A DNA stretch of 64,000 nucleotides, taken from assembly GCA_030867685.1 (NCBI GenBank), contig JAQOWU010000007.1, positions 248,001-312,000 on the forward strand, written 5' to 3'. The position numbers were made by a program, and so were the translations under genes. Below the pieces are notes generated by a model. That model saw nothing but the letters and a program-made list of their open reading frames with translations, made no database searches and was not told the DNA's origin. This document shows, one piece after another, positions 31,593-42,056 of this stretch. How positions within the stretch are numbered: the first letter of the stretch is position 1; every line of letters starts with the position of its first letter. The stretch comes from Wickerhamiella versatilis. Its lineage: Eukaryota.

Positions 31593-33860
31593 ATGTTAGC
31601 TGGAGTTCGTGAAATAGTGCAGTCAATGACACTGGAAGAAAAGGCCAGTCTTTGTTCTGGTCATGATCTTTGGTGGACAGAGAGTGTTGAACGGCTAGAC
31701 ATTGGTTCGTGGATGATGTCTGATGGTCCACACGGTGTGCGTAAGGAATCGTCAGAGCAACTCTTCAATAGTGAGAAAGCAACATGTTTTCCGACGGCTT
31801 CAGCATTGGCAAGTAGCTGGGATAGAAATATTTTGCGGCAATTAGGTAGGGTGCTGGCATGCGAAGCTCACGCTGCGGGAATCTCTGTACTGCTAGGTCC
31901 CGCTATTAACCTGAAGCGCTCCCCATTGTGTGGTCGCAATTTTGAATATTTCTCAGAAGATCCAGTCCTGTCTGGTGAGTTGGCAATTGCCTACGTGAAT
32001 GCGCTCCAGGAGCAGGGAATAGGTGCCTGCCCCAAGCATTTTGCCGCCAACAATCAGGAACATCGACGTTTCTCGGTCGATAGTTGTGTTGATGAGCGAA
32101 CATTGCGCGAACTTTACCTATTAGCCTTTGAAATGGTAGTAAAACAAGCGAATCCGTGGACCTTGATGGCGGCATATAACAAGGTCAATGGCGAGTATTG
32201 CACCCAGCACCATCGGCTTCTAACAGAAATATTGCGAGAGGAGTGGGGATTTGAAGGTGCAGTTATGTCAGACTGGGGAGCTGTGGATGATCGCGTAGCA
32301 GGACTGGCTGCTGGGATGGATCTTGAGATGCCTGGATGCAATGATCGAGATCATCTAATTGTTGAAGCCGTGCGGCAAGGGAAATTGGATGAGTCTATAC
32401 TGGATAATACTGCTGCACGTCTGATTCAGATACTTCACAATATCCGGGAAGCTAAAAAGCCAGTAGATTCCTCCTCATTAGACCGTCATCACGGTCTGGC
32501 TCGACATATGGCCGCTAACTCAGCAGTACTTCTGAAGAACAATGGCGGATTATTACCATTGAAAAAATCTGAGTCTCTAGCAGTTATAGGTGAGCTCGCT
32601 GCAAAACCGAGATATCAAGGTGGAGGTAGCTCACGCATCACCCCCACACATGTGGAATCGCTAAACGGGGCGTTTGAAGCTGCTGGTATTGACTATGTTT
32701 ACTCCAAAGGGTATGAAACGGATAGTGAAAGAGATGATCCAGTACTATTGGAGCAGTCGCTTGAGGTAGCCAAAGCAGCAGATGTTGTGGTGGTCTACTT
32801 GGGGCTACCAGATCGCATGGAATCAGAAGGCTATGACCGATCACATATAAGGCTCCCTAAGAACCAAGTAAACCTTCTATTGTCAGTTAGTAAAGTGAAT
32901 TCTCGGGTGGTGGTACTACTGGCAAACGGTTCGCCCATAGAAATGCCCTGGCTCGACAATGTTGATGCAGTGTTGGAGGGCTACTTAGGTGGTCAAGCAA
33001 TAGGAGGCGCTCTTTTGGATTTACTTTTCGGTACTATCAATCCATCTGGTAAGCTTGCGGAAACCTTTCCTCGCTGCTTAGAGGATACTCCTGCGTATGA
33101 CAACTTTCCAAGCCCTCAGAGACCAAACAACAGTGATCATGTTAACTATGGCGAAGGCCTCTTTATAGGTTATCGACACTATGATACCCATGATGTAACT
33201 CCCTTGTTTCCTTTTGGTTTTGGGCTATCATACACAACTTATGATTACACTAACCTGTCTTTATCCTCTGATCAGTTTAGCCCAGGTACCCCACTGATAG
33301 TTGAGTTTGATCTCACTAACATTGGAAGTATGCAAGGGAGCGAGATTGTACAATTGTATCTTTCGGACCACAGTAGCACGGTGGTAGCTCCAGATCAACA
33401 ACTTAAGGGTTTCGACAAAATTACGCTAGCTCCTTTGGAGACCAAGCGGGTGCAAATGCGTTTAGAAAATCGAGATTTTGCCCATTTCAATGTTGATTGC
33501 AATAAATGGATCGTGCCCAAGGGACGATTCGAGATTAGAATTGGGGCCTCTTCACGTGATATTCGCATAAGATCTAATGTCGACTCAATAGGGGAGAGCG
33601 TGGACATTTCAATTCACCGCAATACTCTCGTTGGAGATATCCTCAAGAGTGATAGGTATGGCCCTGCGCTGATAGCAAATCTGAGGCATCTTGCTGAGGG
33701 AAATGCTCTGTTAACTTCATTTGTTGAAGATCTCAAGAGTGATAAATTAGAGGGTATAATGGCCCGCAGCCTTCCATTGCGGGGCTTTGTTGCATTCAGC
33801 AAGAACCAAATCACGGAGAGCCATCTCGCGCTTTTCATAGAAACACTCAAAAAATGTTGA
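31593..33860 (+). CDS. Intracellular GH3 beta-glucosidase, bacterial type (no PA14, FN3-like C domain)
   Basis: MTLEEKASLCSG, SDGPHGVR, ATCFPTAS, GRNFEYFSEDP, KHFAAN, VMSDWG (Asp nucleophile), ESEGYDR, PSGKLAETFP, YGEGLFIGYR, FPFGFGLSYT. Confidence 0.95.
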   Translation: MLAGVREIVQSMTLEEKASLCSGHDLWWTESVERLDIGSWMMSDGPHGVRKESSEQLFNSEKATCFPTASALASSWDRNILRQLGRVLACEAHAAGISVLLGPAINLKRSPLCGRNFEYFSEDPVLSGELAIAYVNALQEQGIGACPKHFAANNQEHRRFSVDSCVDERTLRELYLLAFEMVVKQANPWTLMAAYNKVNGEYCTQHHRLLTEILREEWGFEGAVMSDWGAVDDRVAGLAAGMDLEMPGCNDRDHLIVEAVRQGKLDESILDNTAARLIQILHNIREAKKPVDSSSLDRHHGLARHMAANSAVLLKNNGGLLPLKKSESLAVIGELAAKPRYQGGGSSRITPTHVESLNGAFEAAGIDYVYSKGYETDSERDDPVLLEQSLEVAKAADVVVVYLGLPDRMESEGYDRSHIRLPKNQVNLLLSVSKVNSRVVVLLANGSPIEMPWLDNVDAVLEGYLGGQAIGGALLDLLFGTINPSGKLAETFPRCLEDTPAYDNFPSPQRPNNSDHVNYGEGLFIGYRHYDTHDVTPLFPFGFGLSYTTYDYTNLSLSSDQFSPGTPLIVEFDLTNIGSMQGSEIVQLYLSDHSSTVVAPDQQLKGFDKITLAPLETKRVQMRLENRDFAHFNVDCNKWIVPKGRFEIRIGASSRDIRIRSNVDSIGESVDISIHRNTLVGDILKSDRYGPALIANLRHLAEGNALLTSFVEDLKSDKLEGIMARSLPLRGFVAFSKNQITESHLALFIETLKKC

Positions 33861-34018
33861 ATCTTTTTCCGGTATCTTCACGTCCTGCCATGTGTCTACT
33901 GGGTCAAGTTATTAAAGCTATATTCCTATTGCAGATTATGTCTCGAAGCATTAGGATTTTAAGTCATTCAGAGCTAACAATCCGATTGATAAACATTTTA
34001 TGCAAAAATACTAGTCAT

Positions 34019-35671
34019 TCAATTATCACTAACATCGTTCAATAAGGAAACACTGAATACCTTACCGGGATTCAAGATACAATTGGGGTCATATGCCAGT
34101 TTCAATTTTCGCATAGCATCCACAGTAGTCTGTCCTACTTCCTTTACAACATCGTGTCGCTTAGCCACACCGACACCATGCTCACCAGTACAGGTACCAT
34201 CCAAGTCAAGTGCTCTTTTGGTCATGCGGGAAACGAAATCATCTATCATCTTTTTTTGAGACTTAGCGTCATAAATTAACATGGTGTGGAAATTCCCATC
34301 CCCCACATGTCCAACAATTCCCTGTTGAATACCCAAAGATTCCAGATCATCCGTTGTCTCCGTCATTATTTGAGAAAGCCGAGATATAGGAACCGCAACA
34401 TCTGTAGACCCAAAAATATATCCTTCGGGAGCTGAATTAACAATGGATAAGACAGCTCCTTTGCGGACCATCCATAACTCCTCGGATTCCTCTTGATTTT
34501 TAGCAAACTCAATAGCTATACAATTATTTTGCGCAGATACTGATTGGACATCTTTGACCTGGTTTTCCACAGCAGTCTTCGAAGATCCGGCAAATCTTAG
34601 AAGTAGCGTGTGTTTTTCATGCCTCTTCTGCTCCATCATGCCGGCTTTGTTCAAGAACTTCATTGTGTTAGCATCAAGAAATTCTATAGCATCAAGATTT
34701 ATTCCTGCCTGAAGAATTTTTTGCACTGTATCAGTAGCATCCTTTGCAGTTTCAAACGCTAGCAACCCCACGCGAGTTTCCGCTGGTATGGGATTCAACT
34801 TGAGCGTCGCTTCCGTTATAATTCCCAGTGTACCTTCAGCACCCACGAAGAGCCCTGTCAGGTCATATCCAGCGCTTGATTTCCGCGGTCGTCGTCTTGT
34901 TTTGATGATAGACCCATCAGCAAGAACGACTGTGACGTTCACAACATTCTGTCTCATCGTACCGTACCGGTATGCATTCGTTCCGGAACATGACGTACCA
35001 ATCATACCTCCAATTTGAGCACCAGGTCCAGGATCAGGGCCAAGGAACATGCCATAGGGAGCCAATACCTCATTCAGATCTTGCCATACAACCGCAGGTT
35101 GTACAACTACGTCAAAATCCTTCTCATGAATTTCAATCACTTTATCCATTTTACTCATGTCTAACGAGATACCGCCATATACTGGTGTAATCTGACCTTC
35201 AAGTGACGTACCGCCTGAGTACGCTGTAATTGGCACTCGATGTTCATGGCATATTTTTAAAACTTTGGACACCTCATCGGTTGATGAAGGATAGACAATA
35301 ACTTGAGGCTTCTCTGTTGCCTTCGGTTGCCGAACCTGTAATATCGTTTTGGTGTGCATGTCAAGTAAATCGCTCTCGCTTGAAACATTATTCTTTCCGA
35401 CAACATTTATGATCTTCTCGAGAGCCACGGCTGTCTCTAACTCACTTGCATACTCGGAATCTTTCATAGCATCCAATGGAAGCGTGCTGGTCGCTGGGGA
35501 AGGTTTTGATACTCCAAACTGATTGTATACGAGAAGCCCAGCAGCAAGTCCTGATGTAAATATCAGTGGTTTCGCAAACCACCCTGCATATCCCGTCCTT
35601 CTACCACTTGCTGAGGTGATATTACGACGGAATATATTCAGGATCTGACCCGCCCCGCGTCTCGATTTCAT
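34019..35671 (-). CDS. DLD1: Mitochondrial D-lactate dehydrogenase (cytochrome), FAD-linked
   Basis: Arg-rich presequence + TM, SGGTSLEG, DPGPGAQIGGM, RKSSAGYDLT, GHVGDGNFH, TGEHGVG, ILNPGKV. Confidence 0.92.
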   Translation of the reverse strand: MKSRRGAGQILNIFRRNITSASGRRTGYAGWFAKPLIFTSGLAAGLLVYNQFGVSKPSPATSTLPLDAMKDSEYASELETAVALEKIINVVGKNNVSSESDLLDMHTKTILQVRQPKATEKPQVIVYPSSTDEVSKVLKICHEHRVPITAYSGGTSLEGQITPVYGGISLDMSKMDKVIEIHEKDFDVVVQPAVVWQDLNEVLAPYGMFLGPDPGPGAQIGGMIGTSCSGTNAYRYGTMRQNVVNVTVVLADGSIIKTRRRPRKSSAGYDLTGLFVGAEGTLGIITEATLKLNPIPAETRVGLLAFETAKDATDTVQKILQAGINLDAIEFLDANTMKFLNKAGMMEQKRHEKHTLLLRFAGSSKTAVENQVKDVQSVSAQNNCIAIEFAKNQEESEELWMVRKGAVLSIVNSAPEGYIFGSTDVAVPISRLSQIMTETTDDLESLGIQQGIVGHVGDGNFHTMLIYDAKSQKKMIDDFVSRMTKRALDLDGTCTGEHGVGVAKRHDVVKEVGQTTVDAMRKLKLAYDPNCILNPGKVFSVSLLNDVSDN

Positions 35672-36230
35672 AAGAGGTAGATGCCAGTTACTTAGTCAGC
35701 GACTAATAGATGCAAGATATTAAACATTGTTTGCATGCACTATGTGCCATGTTAAATATGATAATTTATACTATAAAGTTTTAACGATCCTTTAATGTCT
35801 GCCAGCTTTGAACGATCGCTACTTCAAAATTGTGGTGGTTGATTTGATATCTTAATGTAATAAGTGTAGTAGCATAACATCATTGAGGTTTCTTCGAGGG
35901 TTAATCGCAAGAAACATACGAATTCAGAATCGTTTGGACGTATTTCTCACAAATGAGGCCAGGTATAATCGTCTACGACTTTTAGCTATCACCTAATTCA
36001 TCATCACTTGATCTGCTACAGCTACCACAAAATTGCCCACAGGCGGCACTACCATGATACTAAATATAGAATTACGCTAATAGAATTGGTTCTTCAAAAG
36101 ACTAATAGTAGTTTTAGCCAAATAAAAAAAAAGCATAAGCACTCAAAATTCCTTTTTACCGAGAGTTTTCCTTAAGATTCTATGACGTAATCTCATAAGT
36201 ATCCCCGGTCATATCAATTCCCAGCCGTGA

Positions 36231-37214
36231 ATGCCTCTCACCATAGCTGGAAAATATGTCGGTGATATAGGATTTGGAATGATAGGTTTAATGAGGCTAC
36301 CATCGCCTGAGGATGCCTTTCCGGTGATGAAGGCAGCTCTGAATGCAGGTGCAAACTATTGGGATGCAGGAGAATTGTATGGCACTCCTGAATATAACAG
36401 TCTTCACCTTCTCAACAAATACTTCTCCAAGTATCCTGAAGATGCCTCGAAGGTGTTTATTTCAGTCAAAGGATGCTTCGATATGTCATCCCGTCGAGCA
36501 CTTAACGATAAAGAGGGGGTGAAGGCCAGCATTGAGAACTGCCTCAAAATTTTGGATGGAAAGTGCCAGATAGATCTATTTCAAGCTGCCCGAGGAGACC
36601 CTGATGTACCCATTGAAACGACAGTGAGCGCTATAGCCGACTATGTTGCAGCAGGGAAGGTAGGCACCATCGGCCTAAGCGAGTGCAGTGCGGCCACGAT
36701 TCGGAGGGCGACTATTGTGCATGCCATTTCGGCCGTTGAAGTGGAGCTCAGCCTTATCGAGACCGGTATTTTTGCTAATGGTGTTGCTGGAACCTGCGCA
36801 GAATTTGGCATTCCAATTATTGCGTACAGTCCTTTATGTCGGGGACTTTTAACCGGGAAATTGCGCAAATATGAAGACCTGGGGGAGCACGATTACCGAA
36901 AGGTATTTCCACGCTTTCAACCAGATGCTTTTAAGGAAAACGTGAAATTAGTAGGGGAACTGGAGAGTATAGCCAAGGAAAAGGGTTGCACAGTAAGTCA
37001 AGTGGCCATTGCTTGGGTTTCAGAACAAACAGAGACGGCTGACGTACCAGTCATACCAATTCCTGGTGCCTCTGCGGTTGAGCGGGTGGAGCAGAATTTG
37101 AAAAAAGTTGTCCTCACTGGCCTTGAGCTCAATCAGATTAACCAAGCGCTAAGCACGTTCAAGGTCAAGGGTGATCGCTACCCCGCAGCGCTTGCACGAT
37201 TCGTCGAGGTCTAA
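36231..37214 (+). CDS. Aldo-keto reductase, pyridoxal reductase (AKR8) family
   Basis: GELYGTPEYNSLHLL, IGLSECSA, AVEVELSL, IIAYSPLCRGLLTG, PIPGAS. Confidence 0.88.
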   Translation: MPLTIAGKYVGDIGFGMIGLMRLPSPEDAFPVMKAALNAGANYWDAGELYGTPEYNSLHLLNKYFSKYPEDASKVFISVKGCFDMSSRRALNDKEGVKASIENCLKILDGKCQIDLFQAARGDPDVPIETTVSAIADYVAAGKVGTIGLSECSAATIRRATIVHAISAVEVELSLIETGIFANGVAGTCAEFGIPIIAYSPLCRGLLTGKLRKYEDLGEHDYRKVFPRFQPDAFKENVKLVGELESIAKEKGCTVSQVAIAWVSEQTETADVPVIPIPGASAVERVEQNLKKVVLTGLELNQINQALSTFKVKGDRYPAALARFVEV

Positions 37215-37421
37215 GCTTAGTATGGTTGCGAATTTTTTGGCAATGGAAACGGCATAAGTTGAGGTTCCACATTAAAGTATACTGCGTCGAAAAATAGGCA
37301 TATGCATATTCCACTAGGAGATCGTGGGTAGTTCTAACTTCGTAGATCACTTCACCGGATCACAAGTATAAACTAGACTGTGCTGGTTAGATATAAATAT
37401 ATTTCGGTAACTTCAAATCGC

Positions 37422-37429
37422 AAAAAAAA
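37422..37429 (-). terminator. RNA polymerase III terminator (T8) of the 5S gene
   Basis: A8 on plus strand at the 5S 3' end. Confidence 0.85.
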
Positions 37430-37547
37430 CTACAGCACCTGCCGTTCTCACGTGGTCTCCCACCGTAATACTGAATCAGGCTCTCAGCAGCTTATGTATG
37501 GCTGATCGGACGGGAAGCCCAGTTACCTGCTGGATATGGCCGTAGCT
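37428..37547 (-). rRNA. Dispersed 5S rRNA gene
   Basis: Reverse complement AGCTACGGCCATATCCAGCAG...TTCCCGTCCGATCA...TAAGCTGCTGAGAGCCTGA...AGTA...GTGGGAGACCA...CAGGTGCTGTAGTT is 120 nt and collinear with yeast 5S; termini pair (helix I); followed by a T run. Confidence 0.96.
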
Positions 37548-38121
37548 ACAACGTTTGTTCATGTAATTATTATATTCTGAGAACAGATCATCGCTCGAAA
37601 TAAATACGATAGCCATAGATCCCCAACTTTTGCTGACACTATAGTAACGTAGCTAAGAGTCTGCTGGTCGTTACATTTTATCTTATAATATACATATATA
37701 CAGGAAAAGGATTTCACTACCAGTGTCTTGTCACCAGGAGAATTGTTGAGCAATACCCCGCACAAAATTTGAAGGTAATATATTACATTGCTCAATAAGT
37801 TGCTCAAAATAATGGTTTCATTGTCTGCAGGGTCGTGACAAAGCGATCTTCGTTTGTCGCAAGCGGAGAGAAATGACTTTTAGATTCTTTGATTATTATT
37901 AGCTTGAAAACTTGTTATATGGCACATATCCGAATATATATAGGCCTCTCGCAGAAAATAATTTGAAACGGAGCTACGGTTTATTTATTTGAACTAGGAT
38001 CCAACATCACATAATTAATCGTATAGTTGATCGTCGATAATATCGGAAAGTTAAATAAGCTACTGTCAATTATAAATACGAGTCACCAGCCTTATTAGAC
38101 TATACACTCGGATATTTGATC

Positions 38122-38787
38122 ATGCACTTCACTTTCCTCGGTACTCTAGCGTTCTTCTTCACTCAACCAATTATTGCTTCACCCATTGTTGGTCGTTCTG
38201 AACCCGACACTCAAAAGTGGGACTCTGTGGTCAGCAGCCTGAAGGTGGATAGCGCAGAGTTGAAAAATGGTATAGGAAAAATCATCGACTCAATTGAGCA
38301 TGATGAGGACTACAAGCCTTATGTCGAGTCCACTGTAAATTCAATCAACAACGTTTCCGCCGAGGCTTCTTTTATTGGCCATTTCGTTGAGAATCTCAAG
38401 ATTGATGGATCTCAGGCGAGCGCGCAGGACAAGAGGGACTTGAGGATCCCTGACAGTTGCAAATTCCAGCAAGGCCTTTCTGAATTGGTCAACCCTATAG
38501 CATGTGCTGAGGATCTGTTTTTCCTTTATGTTCTTGGCTTCGGTGCCGACTCCGGGAACACCAATAACAACGGCGAAAACGTCTCTCTTGTGAAGCTGCA
38601 GAACACTGCATCTGGCAACAATACATTGCAAAGCGATTTGAAGCCTGTGCTTTCTAACAGCAAGAACTTGATAGGCACTATTCTCAACCAAGCGAAGTCT
38701 TCGGGCCCATTTTTCGAAAGCGTTCGTCAGCACTATTCTGCGGACATAACTAAGCTTCAGGATCTCTATAACCAGATTTCCGTATGA
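38122..38787 (+). CDS. Secreted protein of unknown function (pre-pro architecture)
   Basis: Signal peptide MHFTFLGTLAFFFTQPIIA-SP, internal KR site, two Cys, several N-glycosylation sequons, TATAAATA at 38071. Confidence 0.75.
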   Translation: MHFTFLGTLAFFFTQPIIASPIVGRSEPDTQKWDSVVSSLKVDSAELKNGIGKIIDSIEHDEDYKPYVESTVNSINNVSAEASFIGHFVENLKIDGSQASAQDKRDLRIPDSCKFQQGLSELVNPIACAEDLFFLYVLGFGADSGNTNNNGENVSLVKLQNTASGNNTLQSDLKPVLSNSKNLIGTILNQAKSSGPFFESVRQHYSADITKLQDLYNQISV

Positions 38788-39059
38788 ATTTCAAAGCAAA
38801 ATTCAATTTTTTGGGTCTGAGATAGTGATGTAATAACGCTTTCTTTAGCAGAAATGCAGGCCTCCAAGTGGCATCAAGCTCGCTCTCTAAATATTTGACA
38901 GTCTACCTACATATAAAGTTCTTCCGTTACAAAGAGTTAAGGCGTTTCAATGCAGTAAGTTTCGGTAGCAATAGTCAGAAATGTCACGAAATAGTTTATT
39001 TTTTTTATAAACCGCAGGGCTGTGAATGTTAAATGGATGATTACAAATAGAAATACGTT

Positions 39060-39084
39060 GCTGAGCTGAGCTGAGCTGAGCTGA
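39060..39084. repeat. (GCTGA)5 microsatellite just upstream of the quinone reductase ATG
   Basis: Read directly. Confidence 0.9.
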
Positions 39085-39094
39085 AACTGGTTGG

Positions 39095-39715
39095 ATGTCT
39101 CGAAGGGTATTAGCCATATTGGCACATCCAGAACGTAGATCACTAAATGGTCTTCTTTTTGATGAATCTATCAACCAGCTGAAGTGTCTGGGCAAAGAGG
39201 TCCAGATTTCAGATCTTTGTCGGATGAATTTCAAGCCAACAATAGACCGCGCTGACTTTCCAAGGTACGATAAGGATGTATTCTCGGTAACTTCGGCCAT
39301 AAAAGAGGCGGAAAGTGCAAGGAACTTGCCAGATGTGATTGTGCGGGAGCAGCAAAAGATTATTTGGGCCGATTGCCTTGTGTTTCAATTCCCAATTTGG
39401 TGGTTTTCTGCCCCAGCAATTCTAAAAGGCTGGTTAGATCGCGTGGTAAGTTTTGGGTTCGGAAAGCAAATGGCAGGAAAAGGTGTACTGTTTTCAGTAA
39501 CTGCCGGATCACCCCAGCCTAAACGTCCAGATGATCAGGGTGATATTAGCAAGCTCCTACTTCCAATGTTGTATGGGTTTTCCTGTTTAGGGTGTAATGT
39601 GGCTCCGCCGGTGGTTATGTACGATGTTTTCCACACCGATGAAGCAAGGGTACAGTCGCATATCAGCATACTCAAATCCCAACTTACTGATATGGTGAAT
39701 GCACCAAAGAAGTGA
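39095..39715 (+). CDS. NAD(P)H:quinone oxidoreductase, flavodoxin-2 family (NQO/KefF/MdaB-like)
   Basis: AHPERRSLN, SDL, EQQKIIWAD, FQFPIWWFSAPAILKGWLDRV, SVTAG. Confidence 0.9.
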   Translation: MSRRVLAILAHPERRSLNGLLFDESINQLKCLGKEVQISDLCRMNFKPTIDRADFPRYDKDVFSVTSAIKEAESARNLPDVIVREQQKIIWADCLVFQFPIWWFSAPAILKGWLDRVVSFGFGKQMAGKGVLFSVTAGSPQPKRPDDQGDISKLLLPMLYGFSCLGCNVAPPVVMYDVFHTDEARVQSHISILKSQLTDMVNAPKK

Positions 39716-39973
39716 GCCAATCGCACTCAAAGATGAATTGAATTCGACGTAAGAGATCAAACTTTGATTATACATAGACATCGAAAGTCGTCATTGGCGG
39801 AAAATTTATGCAAATTGCGCAGGCTACTGCACAATAAGATTAGTTAGTAACGATAAACATAATCTCTATATACCGGGCTTAGGGTTGTACGCCACCTATC
39901 CTATAAGTAGGGGCCAGACCAGGCCTGGGGTAGTAACGGCGCGACATCTCACCCATAGAGACACTGATAGACC

Positions 39974-41008
39974 ATGGTGAGCACACGAGTCGAAATTTCT
40001 GATAAAGTCGGATTTGGAAGTATGTCCCTAACTTGGCGGGCAGCGCCTCTTCCTAAAGCACATGGCGTAGAGGTCCTGAACTACGTGACGCATAATAAAG
40101 GTGTCAAGTACATTAATGGCGGAGAGTTTTATGGGCCAAATGACTCTAATTTGAAACTATTAAAGGAGTTTTTGGAGTCCAATGAGCCGGATTTCAACCG
40201 GAATCTGGTTGTGTGCATCAAAGGCGCTGCTAATCCCTCGACCATTTTGCCCGAGGGAAGTGATGATGGTGTGAAAAGGTCAGTTGAAAATGTATTGACT
40301 TACTTCCCCGAGTCCATTGGCAAGCCTAAGCTGATATTTGAGGCGGCAAGAAAGGATCCAGCGGTGCCCTACGAATCAACCGTGGCTGCTATCGCTCAAT
40401 ATGTGAAGAAAGGCGTCCTGGACGGGGTGGCTGTATCCGAGGTAGGTGCCCATTCTATTGCCAAAGCAGATGACGGGTTCCCCATATCCTCTGTGGAAGT
40501 GGAACTTTCGTTGCTCTCGCGTGACATACTCCACAACGGGGTGCTGAAGGAATGCTCAGAGAGGGGTATACCGATAATTGCGTATTCGCCGTTGCACAGA
40601 TCACTACTCACGGACTATGTGGTTGAGAACTCGAGTAACTTCTTGTCATCGTTGCCGGAGAATGACTTGCGGAGGCATTTCGACCGGTTTTCTCCAGAAA
40701 ACTTTGATGCAAACGTCGTCATAGCCAAAAAGCTGTATGACTTTGCGCATAAAAAGGGAACTTCCTTGGAAATTCTTGCCTTGTCCTGGATTGTAAAGCT
40801 CTCCGGGCTGGAGAACTTCAGAGGAATTAAGAAGGTTTGCCCCATTATCCCTATTCCAAGTGGCTCTACTAAAGAAAAGGTGGACAAGAACTTCAACACA
40901 ATTGACTTGTCGGATAAGGACTTTGAGGAACTCACCAGTATTTGCGAAGAGCATACAGTTCAAGGTTACAGGTACAATAAACACCATGTTGCCCTGGAAT
41001 TTGCTTAA
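39974..41008 (+). CDS. Aldo-keto reductase, pyridoxal reductase family (YPR127W-like)
   Basis: GFGSMSLTW, NGGEFYGP, SEVGA, VEVELSL, IIAYSPL, IPIPSGST, GYRYN. Confidence 0.88.
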   Translation: MVSTRVEISDKVGFGSMSLTWRAAPLPKAHGVEVLNYVTHNKGVKYINGGEFYGPNDSNLKLLKEFLESNEPDFNRNLVVCIKGAANPSTILPEGSDDGVKRSVENVLTYFPESIGKPKLIFEAARKDPAVPYESTVAAIAQYVKKGVLDGVAVSEVGAHSIAKADDGFPISSVEVELSLLSRDILHNGVLKECSERGIPIIAYSPLHRSLLTDYVVENSSNFLSSLPENDLRRHFDRFSPENFDANVVIAKKLYDFAHKKGTSLEILALSWIVKLSGLENFRGIKKVCPIIPIPSGSTKEKVDKNFNTIDLSDKDFEELTSICEEHTVQGYRYNKHHVALEFA

Positions 41009-42056
41009 GCAGTGCGAGCTTATCTCAGAGTGCTATTTCAGTCTGGAGGGGAGCTGGCTCACCTCAGAAGGTAAAACCGTCGTACATATCGCATGCTGTA
41101 GCGGCCGCCTCCATGATAATCAAGCTTATTTAGGGTAGCAGCTTCTAACCTTACAATTTTCATAAATTTAGACCTTCGGCAGCTTTCCGCGTATGTGTTC
41201 TGCTTGATGGAGGGAAGCTCCGCCGTGGTGGAGCAGTGGTAAATGAGACGAGACAGAGCGAGCTGGAGAATGCTCCCAAACATTAAGAAACCTTTTGCAA
41301 TAAAAGTACTTCATTGTTATTGTTCTCGGATAATCCGATTGTTATCTTCTTCCATCTCAATAGACTCTATATATCTGTAATTCGGCTTTTCATAAAGTAG
41401 ATTTTGCAACACAGCATCAGTAGCAGCTAGCAAATTCATCTGCTTCTATACTACATGATTAGCACGAAAAAGAACAGTTTAATGCCTGAGTCCGTCTGGT
41501 GATAAGCAAGATAGGCATCTTCGCATCAGTAGTTAGTAATATGCATGCTCGTGAATTTGTCAGGATGGAATTCTGTAAATATCACCATGTCAAACCTATG
41601 AAATGAATTGGGACGTAAGTTTCGGCCGTTTTATACATTGAAAACCATCTTGTCAAATGGAAGATAGCTCACTCGAATGTGGCATTTGTTGTCACGGGAG
41701 AAGGGCCGCGTATTTGCGTTCTTCAGCTGCCGTGAACGAATGATACGAGGATTGCGGTCAGTATCCGTTGTACAGGAAACTTAAAACTCGGTAGAGAGAT
41801 GAGCTATGCTATTGAATGTGCAGCAGTGCTGTAATCCTACGCACTATAATTTTTCCAATATGCACCAAATTCCTTTTATGTGGCGTTCGACGGGCTATCA
41901 GACTTAATTTAAAAAAATACCATAGCAATAGGCAGAAAGATCTGAAACCCCCTCTCTAACCTTAAAGAATTTTGAGAACATTTAGAAGGAAATAATTTCA
42001 TTACTCATCGACGCTATAGTGGCAAGCTTGCTAATTAAATTACTACTTTTTCCCAT

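Noticed and set aside
37548-37700. Possible tRNA upstream of 5S (tRNA-5S dicistron as in Yarrowia)
   Set aside because: No cloverleaf or A/B boxes recognisable upstream on the minus strand.
41059-41283. 74-aa minus-strand ORF after the second pyridoxal reductase (and 53917-54117)
   Set aside because: No recognisable domain; insufficient evidence for a gene or pseudogene.
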